Shown here one piece after another: positions 19,437 to 29,199 of a stretch of 44,236 nt of DNA (positions are counted from its first letter, which is position 1; every line of letters begins with the position of its first letter). The DNA lies in contig JAPLDX010000045.1 of assembly GCA_026391215.1 (NCBI GenBank), forward strand, positions 1 through 44,236, in the 5' to 3' direction. The stretch is from Bacteroidia bacterium. Its GTDB lineage: Bacteria > Bacteroidota > Bacteroidia > Bacteroidales > VadinHA17. The position numbers were made by a program, and so were the translations under genes. The notes under the pieces were generated by a model. That model did no database searches and was not told where the DNA came from. It saw nothing but the letters and a program-made list of their open reading frames with translations.

Positions 19437-20918
19437 ATGTCATTCATAGAAGATAAAATACTGTATGAAGGATTAACATTTGACGATGTTTTGCTTGTTC
19501 CTTCTTACTCAGAGATCCTCCCCCGTGAAGTTGACCTAAGTTCAATGTTCACCAGGAATATTCCGATCAATACACCGATTATTTCGGCTGCGATGGATAC
19601 TGTTACAGAAGATGAGCTTGCAATAGCCATCGCCAGGGAAGGCGGTATCGGAGTAATACATAAGAACATGACTATTGAAAAGCAAGCCATGCAGGTAAAG
19701 CGGGTTAAGAGAGCCGAAAATGTCATGATCTTTGATCCGATAACAATTGGACTTGATGCCACGGTTGCAGACGCTATCAATCTGGCTAATGAATACGGAA
19801 TCGGTGGAATACCGGTGATTGACAAAGATGGCGTACTGAAGGGAATAGTCACAAACAGGGATCTCAGGTTTGAGAGCAACCGCAAGCGGAAAATAACCGA
19901 GGTGATGACAACAAAGCTTATCACCACAACTCACAAGACCAATCTTGATGAAGCTGCCAGGATCCTCAGAAAACATAAAGTTGAAAAGCTGCCAATGATC
20001 GATGAGGATGGAAAACTGGTAGGACTTATAACTTACAAGGATATTACCAAGACAAAGGACCGGCCGAATTCATGCAAAGATGAAAAAGGAAGATTAAGGG
20101 TTGCTGGTGCTGTGGGTATAGCAGCTGATACTCTTGAAAGAGTGGCTGCTCTTATTTCCGCCAACGTTGATGCAATAGTAATCGATACTGCCCATGCTCA
20201 TACAAAAAGTGTCATCAGGGTGCTGAAGGAGATCAAGAAAAATTACCCTAAAGCAGAGGTTGTGGTTGGTAATATAGCGACGGCAGAAGCAGCGAAAAAG
20301 CTCATAAGCGAGGGGGCTGATGCATTAAAAGTAGGTATAGGACCAGGATCAATATGTACGACAAGGATAATTGCAGGGGTAGGTATCCCGCAGCTTTCCG
20401 CGATATACAACGTCGCCAAAGCTGTTGAGGGATCAGGCGTACCTGTGATAGCTGACGGAGGGATAAGGTACTCAGGTGATATAATAAAGGCAATTGCGGC
20501 AGGAGCAGACTCTATCATGGCAGGGTCTCTCTTTGCAGGAGTTGAGGAATCACCCGGTGAAACCATAATCTATAACGGCCGTAAGTTTAAGGCATACAGG
20601 GGAATGGGATCGATTGAAGCAATGCAGCAGGGTTCAAAGGATCGGTATTTTCAGGACATGGAAGATGACATTCAAAAGCTTGTTCCTGAAGGTATAGCTG
20701 CCAGAGTGCCATATAAAGGAACCCTTGCAGAAGTGATCTATCAGATGACAGGCGGTTTAAGAGCAGGAATGGGATATGTTGGTGCAAAAAACATCGCGCT
20801 CCTTAAAAAAGAGGCCAGATTTGTAAGAATCACCGGTTCAGGGATCATTGAAAGCCATCCTCATGATGTTTCAATAACCAGAGAGTCTCCGAACTACAGC
20901 AGAAAATCATTTGAATAA
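19437..20918 (+). CDS. guaB: IMP dehydrogenase with CBS pair
   Basis: LTFDDVLLVP, SAAMDTVTE, catalytic KVGIGPGSICTTR, ADGGIRYSGD, YRGMGS and KLVPEG. Confidence 0.98.
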   Translation: MSFIEDKILYEGLTFDDVLLVPSYSEILPREVDLSSMFTRNIPINTPIISAAMDTVTEDELAIAIAREGGIGVIHKNMTIEKQAMQVKRVKRAENVMIFDPITIGLDATVADAINLANEYGIGGIPVIDKDGVLKGIVTNRDLRFESNRKRKITEVMTTKLITTTHKTNLDEAARILRKHKVEKLPMIDEDGKLVGLITYKDITKTKDRPNSCKDEKGRLRVAGAVGIAADTLERVAALISANVDAIVIDTAHAHTKSVIRVLKEIKKNYPKAEVVVGNIATAEAAKKLISEGADALKVGIGPGSICTTRIIAGVGIPQLSAIYNVAKAVEGSGVPVIADGGIRYSGDIIKAIAAGADSIMAGSLFAGVEESPGETIIYNGRKFKAYRGMGSIEAMQQGSKDRYFQDMEDDIQKLVPEGIAARVPYKGTLAEVIYQMTGGLRAGMGYVGAKNIALLKKEARFVRITGSGIIESHPHDVSITRESPNYSRKSFE

Positions 20919-20928
20919 CCAGCATCTG

Positions 20929-22896
20929 ATGAAAGTAAGATCATCACTGTTGATTTTATTACTGTCACTGTTGCCTTTTATTGGTCAGGCTCAGGAGCTG
21001 AATAATAAAACACTTATGACAGTCGCAGGGAAACCGGTCACAGCTGGCGAGTTCATGAGAATGTTCAAAAAAAGCCAGGAACCAGGGAACCCTTCCAATG
21101 TTGATGATTATCTCCAGCAATACACAATCTTCAAGCTTAAAGTTGCAGATGCCACAGAAGAAGGATACGACACGACAAAAGCTTTCCGGAATGAGCTGAA
21201 TGGTTACAGGAACCAACTGGCGCAGAATTACCTGACTGATAACCAGTTTAAGGAAAAGCTGCTCCAGAAGACATACCAGAGATCACTCACAGAAATAAAT
21301 GCCTGGCACATCCTTGTTAACTGCGCACCGGAAGCAAAGCCTGAAGACACCCTCGCTGCGTATAAGAAAGCAGATGATATCCGGGAGAGAATTATTAAAG
21401 GAGAACCTTTTGAAAATGTCGCCCGCGGAACCTCAGATGATCCTTCTGTGAAAATAAACGGGGGGAACCTGGGTTATTTCACTGTATTCCAGATGATAAT
21501 GCCATTTGAGGATGCAGCTTACAAACTGAAAAAAGGGGCAATATCAGATCCTGTCAGAACACCATACGGCTACCATATTATAAAGATAGCAGATAAACGG
21601 CCTGCCAGAGGAAAGATACTGGTTGCACATATCATGAAAGTTGCTCCTCCGGGAACCGGAGAAAAAGAAATAAAAAATGCTGAGGAAGCGATAAACAAGA
21701 TCTATGAAGAGCTCCAGGCAGGAGCATCATTCAGTGAGCTGGCCAGGAAATACTCGGATCATAAAGAATCAGCCTCTGACGGCGGAAAACTAAACTGGTT
21801 CGGAACAGGGGAGATTATCAGTGATTTTTCAGAAGCGGCCTTTTCAATACCCGATACCGGAAAATATGCCCGGCCTGTCCGTACCCCGTATGCATGGCAT
21901 ATAATAAAGCTGCTTGACAAAAAACCTCATGGATCATTTGAAGAGACCAGATCATACCTTGAAAGCAGGATCAACCAGTCATATCTTAACTCATTGAGCA
22001 AAAAGTCATTTATAGATAAACTGAAAGCTGAATATAAATTCAGGATCAACCAGCCAGCTTTCGATTGGTTCGTTGCCAATACCGACACTTTGATTATCAA
22101 AGGCCTGGCAAAATATAATAAAGAATCCATGCCATCAGGCAATCTGTGTACATTTGCAAACCAGCACATGACAGTAAAAGAGTTTGCTTCATATCTTGAA
22201 AAAAGGGGATCAATGATAATTACTGATGATCCGGTTTCATTTGTCAGCCAGTCATTAGAAACAAGGATCTCTGATCAGATAATCAAGTATGAAAATTCGA
22301 TGCTCGAAAAAAAATATCCTGATTTCCGGTACCTGATGGATGAGTTCCATGACGGAATACTGCTATTTGAAATATCTGGCAAAAAGGTCTGGAACAGAGT
22401 CGGAGAAGACAGTATCGGACTTAAAAAATACTATGATGACCATAAGCGTGATTTTCTTACCCGTAAAGGGATCATGGCCAGAATATACACTCTGAGATCA
22501 CCGGGAAAAGAAAAAATTCTTGCTTCCGCCTATAAGAAATATTCGCGGAAACCAGGGACTGATGACCTTATGCTGGCAAAATTCAATAAAAAGATTGATT
22601 CGCTGCTGGTAATCACTGATGGGAAATGGTTTACCGGCGATTATCAGGAACTTGATAAAATTGAGTGGAAAACAGGGGTAGTAGACCGGACAATTAAAAA
22701 TTACCCGTCAATAATTGCCATAAGCAAGGTTATTGAACCGGAGCCTCTTCCTTTTAAGGAGGTCCAGGGAGAAATGATGTCAGGATACCAGGATTATCTC
22801 GAGAATGATTGGATAAAGCAATTAAAGAGCAAATACAACGTTAAAGTTGATGAATTGGTTCTATCAGAAGTTAAAAAGAGTCTAATCAATGAATAG
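20929..22896 (+). CDS. Periplasmic parvulin-type peptidyl-prolyl isomerase (two rotamase domains, SurA-like)
   Basis: Signal peptide from ATG 20929. AWHILV...SDDPS...GGNLGYF...RTPYGYHIIK, then a second AHIM...YSDH...GGKLNWF...HIIKL domain. Confidence 0.9.
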   Translation: MKVRSSLLILLLSLLPFIGQAQELNNKTLMTVAGKPVTAGEFMRMFKKSQEPGNPSNVDDYLQQYTIFKLKVADATEEGYDTTKAFRNELNGYRNQLAQNYLTDNQFKEKLLQKTYQRSLTEINAWHILVNCAPEAKPEDTLAAYKKADDIRERIIKGEPFENVARGTSDDPSVKINGGNLGYFTVFQMIMPFEDAAYKLKKGAISDPVRTPYGYHIIKIADKRPARGKILVAHIMKVAPPGTGEKEIKNAEEAINKIYEELQAGASFSELARKYSDHKESASDGGKLNWFGTGEIISDFSEAAFSIPDTGKYARPVRTPYAWHIIKLLDKKPHGSFEETRSYLESRINQSYLNSLSKKSFIDKLKAEYKFRINQPAFDWFVANTDTLIIKGLAKYNKESMPSGNLCTFANQHMTVKEFASYLEKRGSMIITDDPVSFVSQSLETRISDQIIKYENSMLEKKYPDFRYLMDEFHDGILLFEISGKKVWNRVGEDSIGLKKYYDDHKRDFLTRKGIMARIYTLRSPGKEKILASAYKKYSRKPGTDDLMLAKFNKKIDSLLVITDGKWFTGDYQELDKIEWKTGVVDRTIKNYPSIIAISKVIEPEPLPFKEVQGEMMSGYQDYLENDWIKQLKSKYNVKVDELVLSEVKKSLINE

Positions 22897-23743
22897 GATC
22901 CTGTTTTATATTATAATTACGATATTGACAGTAAGTTGCAGCAGTTCCAGGAGCGATCCGAAGCGGGTTGCAGTTGCCAGGGCAGGTGATACATTCCTTT
23001 ATCTCGACCAGATACCTCAGCTGATTCCCCCGGCGACGCCTTCTGCTGACAGTACTGCCATAATTCATAATTATATCAACAAATGGGCAAAGAAGGAGTT
23101 TCTTTTCCGTAAGGCTGAAGAAAATCTGTCACCTGATCTGAAAAATGAAATTGACAACCAGCTTGAAGAAACCAGATCTAACCTTGTGATCTACCAGTAT
23201 CAGAGACAGATGATCCTGGAGAGGATGGATACTACACTTACTGAAGCTGAACTTGAAAATTACTATTCTGAGAATCAGAAAAGCTTTATGCTCAGCTCAA
23301 ACATTTTAAAGGCTCTGTTCATCAAGCTTCCCGTTGAAACTCCCAACATTGACAGGATAAGGCACCTGTCACGTTCCAATGAACAAAACGATCTGCAGGA
23401 GCTTGAATCATATTGTTACCAGTTTGCAGATAAATTCGATGATTTCAATGAGGAGTGGGTTTCGTTCGACAGGCTTTCCGTTGAACTGCCGCAGGATATC
23501 TCAAATGAGGAAAGCTTCCTCAGAAGGACAACTTTCTATGAGGCAAACGATTCAACTTATCTCTATTTTATAAATATCAGGGACTACAGGTTAAGATCTT
23601 CAACTGCTCCGTTTGAATATGTCAGGGATGATATAAAAAGGATAATTTGGAACAATCGCAGACTTGAGTTCATTCAGTCACTTGAAAACGGGATATACAA
23701 TGACGCTCTTAAAGTAAACGGTTTTACTATTTTTAATAATTAG
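22889..23743 (+). CDS. Lipoprotein foldase/PPIase-like protein (EpsD/PrsA-like)
   Basis: Lipobox LTVSC, VARAGDTFLY, DSTAIIHNYINKW and APFEYVRDDIKRII. Middle gene of the Bacteroidota guaB-PPIase cluster. Confidence 0.75.
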   Translation: MNRILFYIIITILTVSCSSSRSDPKRVAVARAGDTFLYLDQIPQLIPPATPSADSTAIIHNYINKWAKKEFLFRKAEENLSPDLKNEIDNQLEETRSNLVIYQYQRQMILERMDTTLTEAELENYYSENQKSFMLSSNILKALFIKLPVETPNIDRIRHLSRSNEQNDLQELESYCYQFADKFDDFNEEWVSFDRLSVELPQDISNEESFLRRTTFYEANDSTYLYFINIRDYRLRSSTAPFEYVRDDIKRIIWNNRRLEFIQSLENGIYNDALKVNGFTIFNN

Positions 23744-23748
23744 ATTAA

Positions 23749-25107
23749 ATGAAAAAAGGCAAAGGTTTAATATTGATACTGGCGGGAATACTGATCTCCG
23801 GATTGTCTGCTGTAAAATCGCAGAAACTGATTGAGTCAGTGGCAGCAATTGTTGGGAATGAGGTAGTTTATCTTTCGGATATTGAGAACCTTGTCATTGA
23901 TCTGAAGAGAAACGGCAATAAAATGCCAATAGATCAGCAGAGATGTGTGGTATTGAATGAATTGCTCGTTTCAAGGCTCTTTCTCGATCAGGCAAGGATC
24001 GATAGTATAACCGTTACAGAAGACATGGTTGAGAGTGAAGTCACGATGAATATCAACAGTGCTATACAGAGTGCAGGAAGCGAAAAAGCTCTGGAGGAGT
24101 ATTTCGGGAAAAGCATGGTGGAGATCCGGAGGGACATACGAAAAGCCCTGATGGAACAGGAGATTATCAGGGAAGTACAATCAGGTATTGCCGAGAACAT
24201 AACAGTAACACCGAACCAGCTGAAAAAATATTATGCCGGTATCCCAAAAGACAGCCTCCCTGTTATCCCTGCCAGGGTAGAACTGAGCATTATTCAGGTT
24301 GACCCTCCTGGAAATGAAGAGAACAAAGCTGAAGCACGGCAGAAGCTTCTTGATATCAGGAGTGAAATACTTGCCGGTAAAAGCTTTAATGTTCTGGCAG
24401 TAATGTATTCTGAAGATCCTCAAACTGCCAGGAACGGAGGTGAACTGGGATACACGGTCAGGGGTTCACTGGAAAAGGAATATGCAGATGCTGCCTTCAG
24501 CCTTACAAAGAATACCGTATCCAGAATTGTTGAAACACGATATGGCTTTCATATTATCCAGCTGATCGATCGCAAAGGCGACCTTATAAATACCAGGCAT
24601 ATACTTATTAAGCCGAAGGTCAAGCCTGAGCAGACCACGAAGGCAATTTCCGCACTCGACAGCCTGGCAAACCTGATAAGGAAAGACAGCATGAGCTTTG
24701 AAAATGTAGCAAAAAAATACTCAAGCCATAAAGACAGCAGAATCAACGGGGGTAAGCTGGTGAGCACAAACCCTTCCGAAAGAATTACATGGTTCACCCT
24801 TGAAGAGTTAAATCCGGAAATGTATGTGAAGGTCAGGGATATGAAGGTGGGTGAAATATCTGAAGCTTTCAGAACTACGGATGACGATGGCAATGTTGTA
24901 TTCAGATTAGTAAAGCTGGATAATGAGATACCTGCCCACAGGGCCAACCTTAAAGATGATTATGAGAGTCTCTATTCAGCAGCAGTCCAACAGGCACGTT
25001 CAAAAGAATACCAGGAATGGATCAATAAGAAAATAGGGAACACGTATATTAAAATAAGCGATGAATTAAAAACATGCGACTTTCTGAAAAAAGGATGGCT
25101 GAAATAA
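23749..25107 (+). CDS. surA: SurA-like periplasmic chaperone/PPIase
   Basis: SurA N-domain (IESVAAIVGNEVVYLSDIE), rotamase YSEDP..GGELG...ETRYGFHIIQL and RHILIKP. Confidence 0.85.
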   Translation: MKKGKGLILILAGILISGLSAVKSQKLIESVAAIVGNEVVYLSDIENLVIDLKRNGNKMPIDQQRCVVLNELLVSRLFLDQARIDSITVTEDMVESEVTMNINSAIQSAGSEKALEEYFGKSMVEIRRDIRKALMEQEIIREVQSGIAENITVTPNQLKKYYAGIPKDSLPVIPARVELSIIQVDPPGNEENKAEARQKLLDIRSEILAGKSFNVLAVMYSEDPQTARNGGELGYTVRGSLEKEYADAAFSLTKNTVSRIVETRYGFHIIQLIDRKGDLINTRHILIKPKVKPEQTTKAISALDSLANLIRKDSMSFENVAKKYSSHKDSRINGGKLVSTNPSERITWFTLEELNPEMYVKVRDMKVGEISEAFRTTDDDGNVVFRLVKLDNEIPAHRANLKDDYESLYSAAVQQARSKEYQEWINKKIGNTYIKISDELKTCDFLKKGWLK

Positions 25108-26663
25108 AATATCACAGGTGTTCCTATAAAAAAAAATTACCCGGATTTTTCTTCCTTTTCCTGACAGGACTGATCATTTCATCAGCCTTACTCTCACAGG
25201 ATGTTGAACCACAGAAAAAGAAAAAGAGAATTGAAATTCTGCATGCTGACCTGTGGGAAGTAGATGAAAAGGTAGATAAGGACCTTCAGCAACTTCATGG
25301 AAATGTAAGCCTGCGCCACAATGAAGTGAATATGTGGTGCGACAGCGCATATTATTTCCAGAAAAAGAACCAGGTACAAGCCTGGGGCCATATCCATATT
25401 GAACAGGGTGATACTCTTCACCTGTACGGAGACTATCTTTTCTATGATGGAGAAACCGAATTTGCTTTTGTTCAAGGCAATGTCGAACTGATTAACAAGG
25501 AAACTCATCTTTTTACAAGTGCTGTGACATACGACTTCAAAATTGAAGTTGCCAATTACAACAACAGGGGAAGGATAATCAACGGAGATAACACACTGTC
25601 AAGCATTATAGGCATATACTATGTTTCCAGGGACCTTTTCCATTTCAAGGACAGTGTGAAAATCGTCAATCCCGATTATGTAATGACTGCTGATACAATG
25701 GATTACAATACTGAATCTGAGACCGCCCTCTTTACCGGACCATCAGAACTGACCGGAGACAGTCTTTACATGTATTGTGAAAGAGGCTGGTATGATACAA
25801 AGAATGATATTACCAGTATTTGGAGGAATGCGCTTATTGATAATAAACAGCAGGTTGTGCGCGGTGATTCCCTCTACTATGAGAAGGCTTCCGGATTCGG
25901 TGAATGCTATGGAAACTTGAGCATTACTGACACCACTGATAACCTGATTGTAAAGGGACAGTATGCCTGGTATTACAAGGAACCGGAGAGATTCATGGTC
26001 ACTGACAGTGCAATGTTTATTCAGGTTTCAGATGGCGACTCGCTTTTTCTTCATGCTGATACAATAAGTGCTGTCACAATCTTGCCAGATAGTCTACCTG
26101 CCGGATACAGGCTGATGAGTGCTTATTATGGTTGCCGGGTATTCAGCAAAAATCTCCAGGCAAAAAGCGATTCCCTCTCCTACTCTTTCCAGGATTCAGT
26201 TATAAGGTTATATAGAAATCCTGTAATATGGTCAGAAGAGAATCAGCTCACCTCCGATTCCATGGCAATATTCACAAAAAACCAGAAAGCAGACAGGATG
26301 GAATTATATAATACCGCTTTTGTTGTCAGCCAGGTTGACACAATGAGGTTCAACCAGACAAAGGGCAGATCGCTGATTGGCTATTTCAGGGATAATGAGC
26401 TATATAAAATAAACATAACCGGTAATGGTGAGTCGATATATTATCTCCTTGATAATGATGAAGTGATAGGCGTCAATAAGGCCAAATGCTCTAATATGGA
26501 GATATTTGTTGATGATGGCCAGATTAAAGAGATATATGAGTTCAAGGAGCCTGAAGGGGTGATTGATCCGCCCTCAACGGCGCCGAAGAATAATCTGCAT
26601 CTTGAAGGATTTAACTGGTTTGATTACCTCCGCCCGAAAGTAGTATCAGATATATTTAAATGA
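25095..26663 (+). CDS. OstA-like beta-jellyroll protein (LptA/LptD N-terminal repeat family)
   Basis: Repeated 'DS/DT' beta motifs (MWCDSAY, QGDTLHLYGDYL, ADTMDY, GDSLYY, HADTI, SDSLSY). Likely start at ATG 25095. Confidence 0.82.
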   Translation: MAEIKYHRCSYKKKLPGFFFLFLTGLIISSALLSQDVEPQKKKKRIEILHADLWEVDEKVDKDLQQLHGNVSLRHNEVNMWCDSAYYFQKKNQVQAWGHIHIEQGDTLHLYGDYLFYDGETEFAFVQGNVELINKETHLFTSAVTYDFKIEVANYNNRGRIINGDNTLSSIIGIYYVSRDLFHFKDSVKIVNPDYVMTADTMDYNTESETALFTGPSELTGDSLYMYCERGWYDTKNDITSIWRNALIDNKQQVVRGDSLYYEKASGFGECYGNLSITDTTDNLIVKGQYAWYYKEPERFMVTDSAMFIQVSDGDSLFLHADTISAVTILPDSLPAGYRLMSAYYGCRVFSKNLQAKSDSLSYSFQDSVIRLYRNPVIWSEENQLTSDSMAIFTKNQKADRMELYNTAFVVSQVDTMRFNQTKGRSLIGYFRDNELYKINITGNGESIYYLLDNDEVIGVNKAKCSNMEIFVDDGQIKEIYEFKEPEGVIDPPSTAPKNNLHLEGFNWFDYLRPKVVSDIFK

Positions 26664-26684
26664 AAAAGGGGGGTTCAGCCCCTG
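26663..26684 (-). terminator. Short GC hairpin plus T tract terminating the DUF2795 gene
   Basis: The minus strand reads CAGGGG-CTGAA-CCCCCC-TTTTT directly after the stop codon, between convergent genes. Confidence 0.5.
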
Positions 26685-26906
26685 TCAATACTCATCTTCA
26701 TTGAAGAAAAAGTCGTCCTTGCTGGGATAGTCAGGCCATATATCTTCAATACTTTCATATATATCACCCTCATCTTCAATCTCCTGCAGGTTTTCAATAA
26801 CTTCCATTGGGGCACCTGACCTGATGGCAAAATCAATCAGCTCATCCTTGGTTGCTGGCCATGGAGCATCCTCAAGTTTTGAAGCTAATTCAAGTGTCCA
26901 ATACAT
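26685..26906 (-). CDS. DUF2795-family small acidic protein
   Basis: MYWTLELASKLEDAPWPATKDELID... is a highly conserved 73-aa Bacteroidota protein as I recall it. Confidence 0.9.
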   Translation of the reverse strand: MYWTLELASKLEDAPWPATKDELIDFAIRSGAPMEVIENLQEIEDEGDIYESIEDIWPDYPSKDDFFFNEDEY

Positions 26907-26939
26907 TTGCTCTTTAAATTAGATTTTTTACAAAGTCTG

Positions 26940-26971
26940 CAAATATATATATTATTTTTATTAATAAGCAA
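26940..26971 (-). promoter_or_regulatory. Sigma-A promoter for the DUF2795 gene
   Basis: -7 box TATATTTG (26940-26947) and a TTG 21 nt upstream (26969-26971) on the minus strand. Confidence 0.55.
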
Positions 26972-26997
26972 CCTCTTTTTTAAAGAATTTTAACACA

Positions 26998-27540
26998 TCA
27001 AACAGACCATTTAACTTCCTCAATATCAAGCTCTAAGCTTATCCTGCGGCTTAATACGAATAAATAATCTGAAAGTCTGTTAAGAAACCGGAGGATGATT
27101 TCAGGGATTTTTTCGGTTTCGGTTAGTTTTACCACCGTTCTCTCCGCCCTTCGGCAGATACACCTGGATATATGACAATAGGATATTAGCGTATTTCCGC
27201 CTGGAAGAACAAGACTTCTAAGTGGTTTCAGACCTGCTTCCATATTATCAATCTCTTTTTCAAGGACTTTAATGCTTTCAGGTCCGGGAAGGCATATTCC
27301 ACTTTCCGTTTTTACCTTTTCCGAAGCCAGGCAGGCAGCACACCTCATCAATTGGTCCTGGATATATTCAAGTGTTTTCCTGCGATTTGAATTTTCGGGA
27401 TAATCCCTCAGAAGACCTATCCATGAAATAAGCTCATCGACAGTGCCATATGCTTCAACTCGTATATGACACTTAGGGACTCTTTTACCTCCAGATAATG
27501 AGGTAGTACCGTCATCGCCTGTACGCGTGTAGGTTTTCAT
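26998..27540 (-). CDS. PduO-type ATP:cob(I)alamin adenosyltransferase
   Basis: YTRTGDDGTT, AYGTVDELISWIG, LPGG, RCICRRAER and LNRLSDYLFVLSR. Confidence 0.93.
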   Translation of the reverse strand: MKTYTRTGDDGTTSLSGGKRVPKCHIRVEAYGTVDELISWIGLLRDYPENSNRRKTLEYIQDQLMRCAACLASEKVKTESGICLPGPESIKVLEKEIDNMEAGLKPLRSLVLPGGNTLISYCHISRCICRRAERTVVKLTETEKIPEIILRFLNRLSDYLFVLSRRISLELDIEEVKWSV

Positions 27541-27554
27541 AGTATGATAAAGGA

Positions 27555-28256
27555 TCAGGCAGGTTTATATTGTTCATTCACAAAGTCCTGGGCGACTTCA
27601 CCGTCAAAAAGCCTGATAATACGAGCGGCATGTCTAGCAATATCTTGTTCGTGGGTAACCACTATAACTGTATTCCCTTTTTTGTGAATTTCATCAAGCA
27701 GTCCCATTATATCGAGCGAAGTCTTGCTGTCAAGGTTTCCTGTAGGCTCATCGGCAAGGATTATTGAAGGTTTGTTTACAAGTGCCCTGGCTATAGCAAC
27801 ACGCTGTCTTTGTCCGCCTGAAAGTTCATTTGGCTTGTGGGTCATTCTGTCACCCAGTCCAACCTGGTTAAGGGTTTCAACTGCCTGACCTTCCCTGTCA
27901 GCTTTCTGAACTCCGGCATAAATCAGCGGCAGGGTGACATTTTCGAGGGCAGAATATCTGGGCAAGAGGTTAAACGTCTGAAAGACAAATCCAATCTCTT
28001 TATTTCTTATCTCGGCAAGAAAATCATCCTCCATTTTGCTGACATCGGTTCCATTGAGTATATAGCTTCCGCTTGTTGGTGTATCAAGGCAGCCAAGCAG
28101 GTTCATAAGTGTTGACTTACCTGAGCCTGAAGGCCCCATTATTGCAACATATTCATTTCTGTAAATATCAATGGAGACTGATCTTAGAGCCCTTACAATC
28201 ACTGTTCCGACCTGGTAGTTCTTTACAATGTTATGTATTTCAATTACTTTGTCCAT
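27555..28256 (-). CDS. ABC transporter ATP-binding protein (LolD/MacB-type)
   Basis: [44 protein letters not shown] and VVTHE. Confidence 0.93.
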   Translation of the reverse strand: MDKVIEIHNIVKNYQVGTVIVRALRSVSIDIYRNEYVAIMGPSGSGKSTLMNLLGCLDTPTSGSYILNGTDVSKMEDDFLAEIRNKEIGFVFQTFNLLPRYSALENVTLPLIYAGVQKADREGQAVETLNQVGLGDRMTHKPNELSGGQRQRVAIARALVNKPSIILADEPTGNLDSKTSLDIMGLLDEIHKKGNTVIVVTHEQDIARHAARIIRLFDGEVAQDFVNEQYKPA

Positions 28257-28327
28257 TTACTTAAAATTTGAATGTCCGAAATTAGATTAATTTAGTTAAT
28301 TACGAAATTATAACGTCTTAATTTTTG

Positions 28328-29113
28328 TTAATACCTGACCACGTAGTTAAAACGATTCACTCCTCCCCTGAAAAACACAAATCCCATCCTGAAGATATCA
28401 ACTGTCAGGGTCACCTTTTCATGGTTTTTAATTACTGACCAGGCTTCTTCCATTTCATCCGAACAATGAATATCATCAATGATAATCACGGTTCTGTCAT
28501 TTGAAATCTCCGCCAGCTGACTGAAATATCTTATTGCAGGTTCCTTCCTGTGATTGCCGTCAACGAACACAAGTCCGGGACTGATATTTCTTTTGATCAG
28601 CTCGGGTAATTTTTCATCAAAAGATCCTGTAAGCAGACTTATATTCCTGCATCCCGTCAGGTTGAAATTCTCTCTGGCTATTTCAGTTGTAGCCGGACAT
28701 CCCTCGATGGAATAAACGATAGAATCGGGACAGGCAGCAGCCAGGTACATCGTACTGATCCCGGCTGAGGTGCCAAGTTCAAGCATACATGGCTTACCGA
28801 ACTCTTTTGCCAGCCTGGACAACAGGATGCCATATTTTTCAGGGACAGCCGAATATCTTAGAATATCTGACACTTTTCTTAAATTGCTTTTCATTTTTGA
28901 TGACCCGGCGCCAAGGTCCAGAACTGAAATGATCCTGTTGCCGGTAATATTCTTCTTTCTGATGTTCTCAATCATTAAGACAACATCAGAGTCTGTTTTA
29001 TTCCGGAATACCCTCGACACCAGATCAAAAACAAAAGGGCTGTGGATCCCATGGCCTCTGCAGTGCCGCGAAAACAGAAAATATCGCAGATATTTAATCA
29101 TGAAAAAATTCAT
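28328..29113 (-). CDS. Class I SAM-dependent methyltransferase (Methyltransf_24-like)
   Basis: GHGIHSPFVFDL, LELGTSAGIST, VFVDGNH and IIDDIH. The start is placed at ATG 29113, downstream of a TATTTTTG box (29147-29154). Confidence 0.85.
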   Translation of the reverse strand: MNFFMIKYLRYFLFSRHCRGHGIHSPFVFDLVSRVFRNKTDSDVVLMIENIRKKNITGNRIISVLDLGAGSSKMKSNLRKVSDILRYSAVPEKYGILLSRLAKEFGKPCMLELGTSAGISTMYLAAACPDSIVYSIEGCPATTEIARENFNLTGCRNISLLTGSFDEKLPELIKRNISPGLVFVDGNHRKEPAIRYFSQLAEISNDRTVIIIDDIHCSDEMEEAWSVIKNHEKVTLTVDIFRMGFVFFRGGVNRFNYVVRY

Positions 29114-29199
29114 ACTGTTGATGATAACATATTTAGGTAAGGTCTTCAAAAATACGTATTTTCGGTCATCTTTTATTATATCTCAGGATCACACAGATC

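Noticed and set aside
26907-28327. Cobalamin riboswitch near the adenosyltransferase
   Set aside because: The intergenic gaps are too short (14-91 nt) and AT-rich, and no B12-box is visible.
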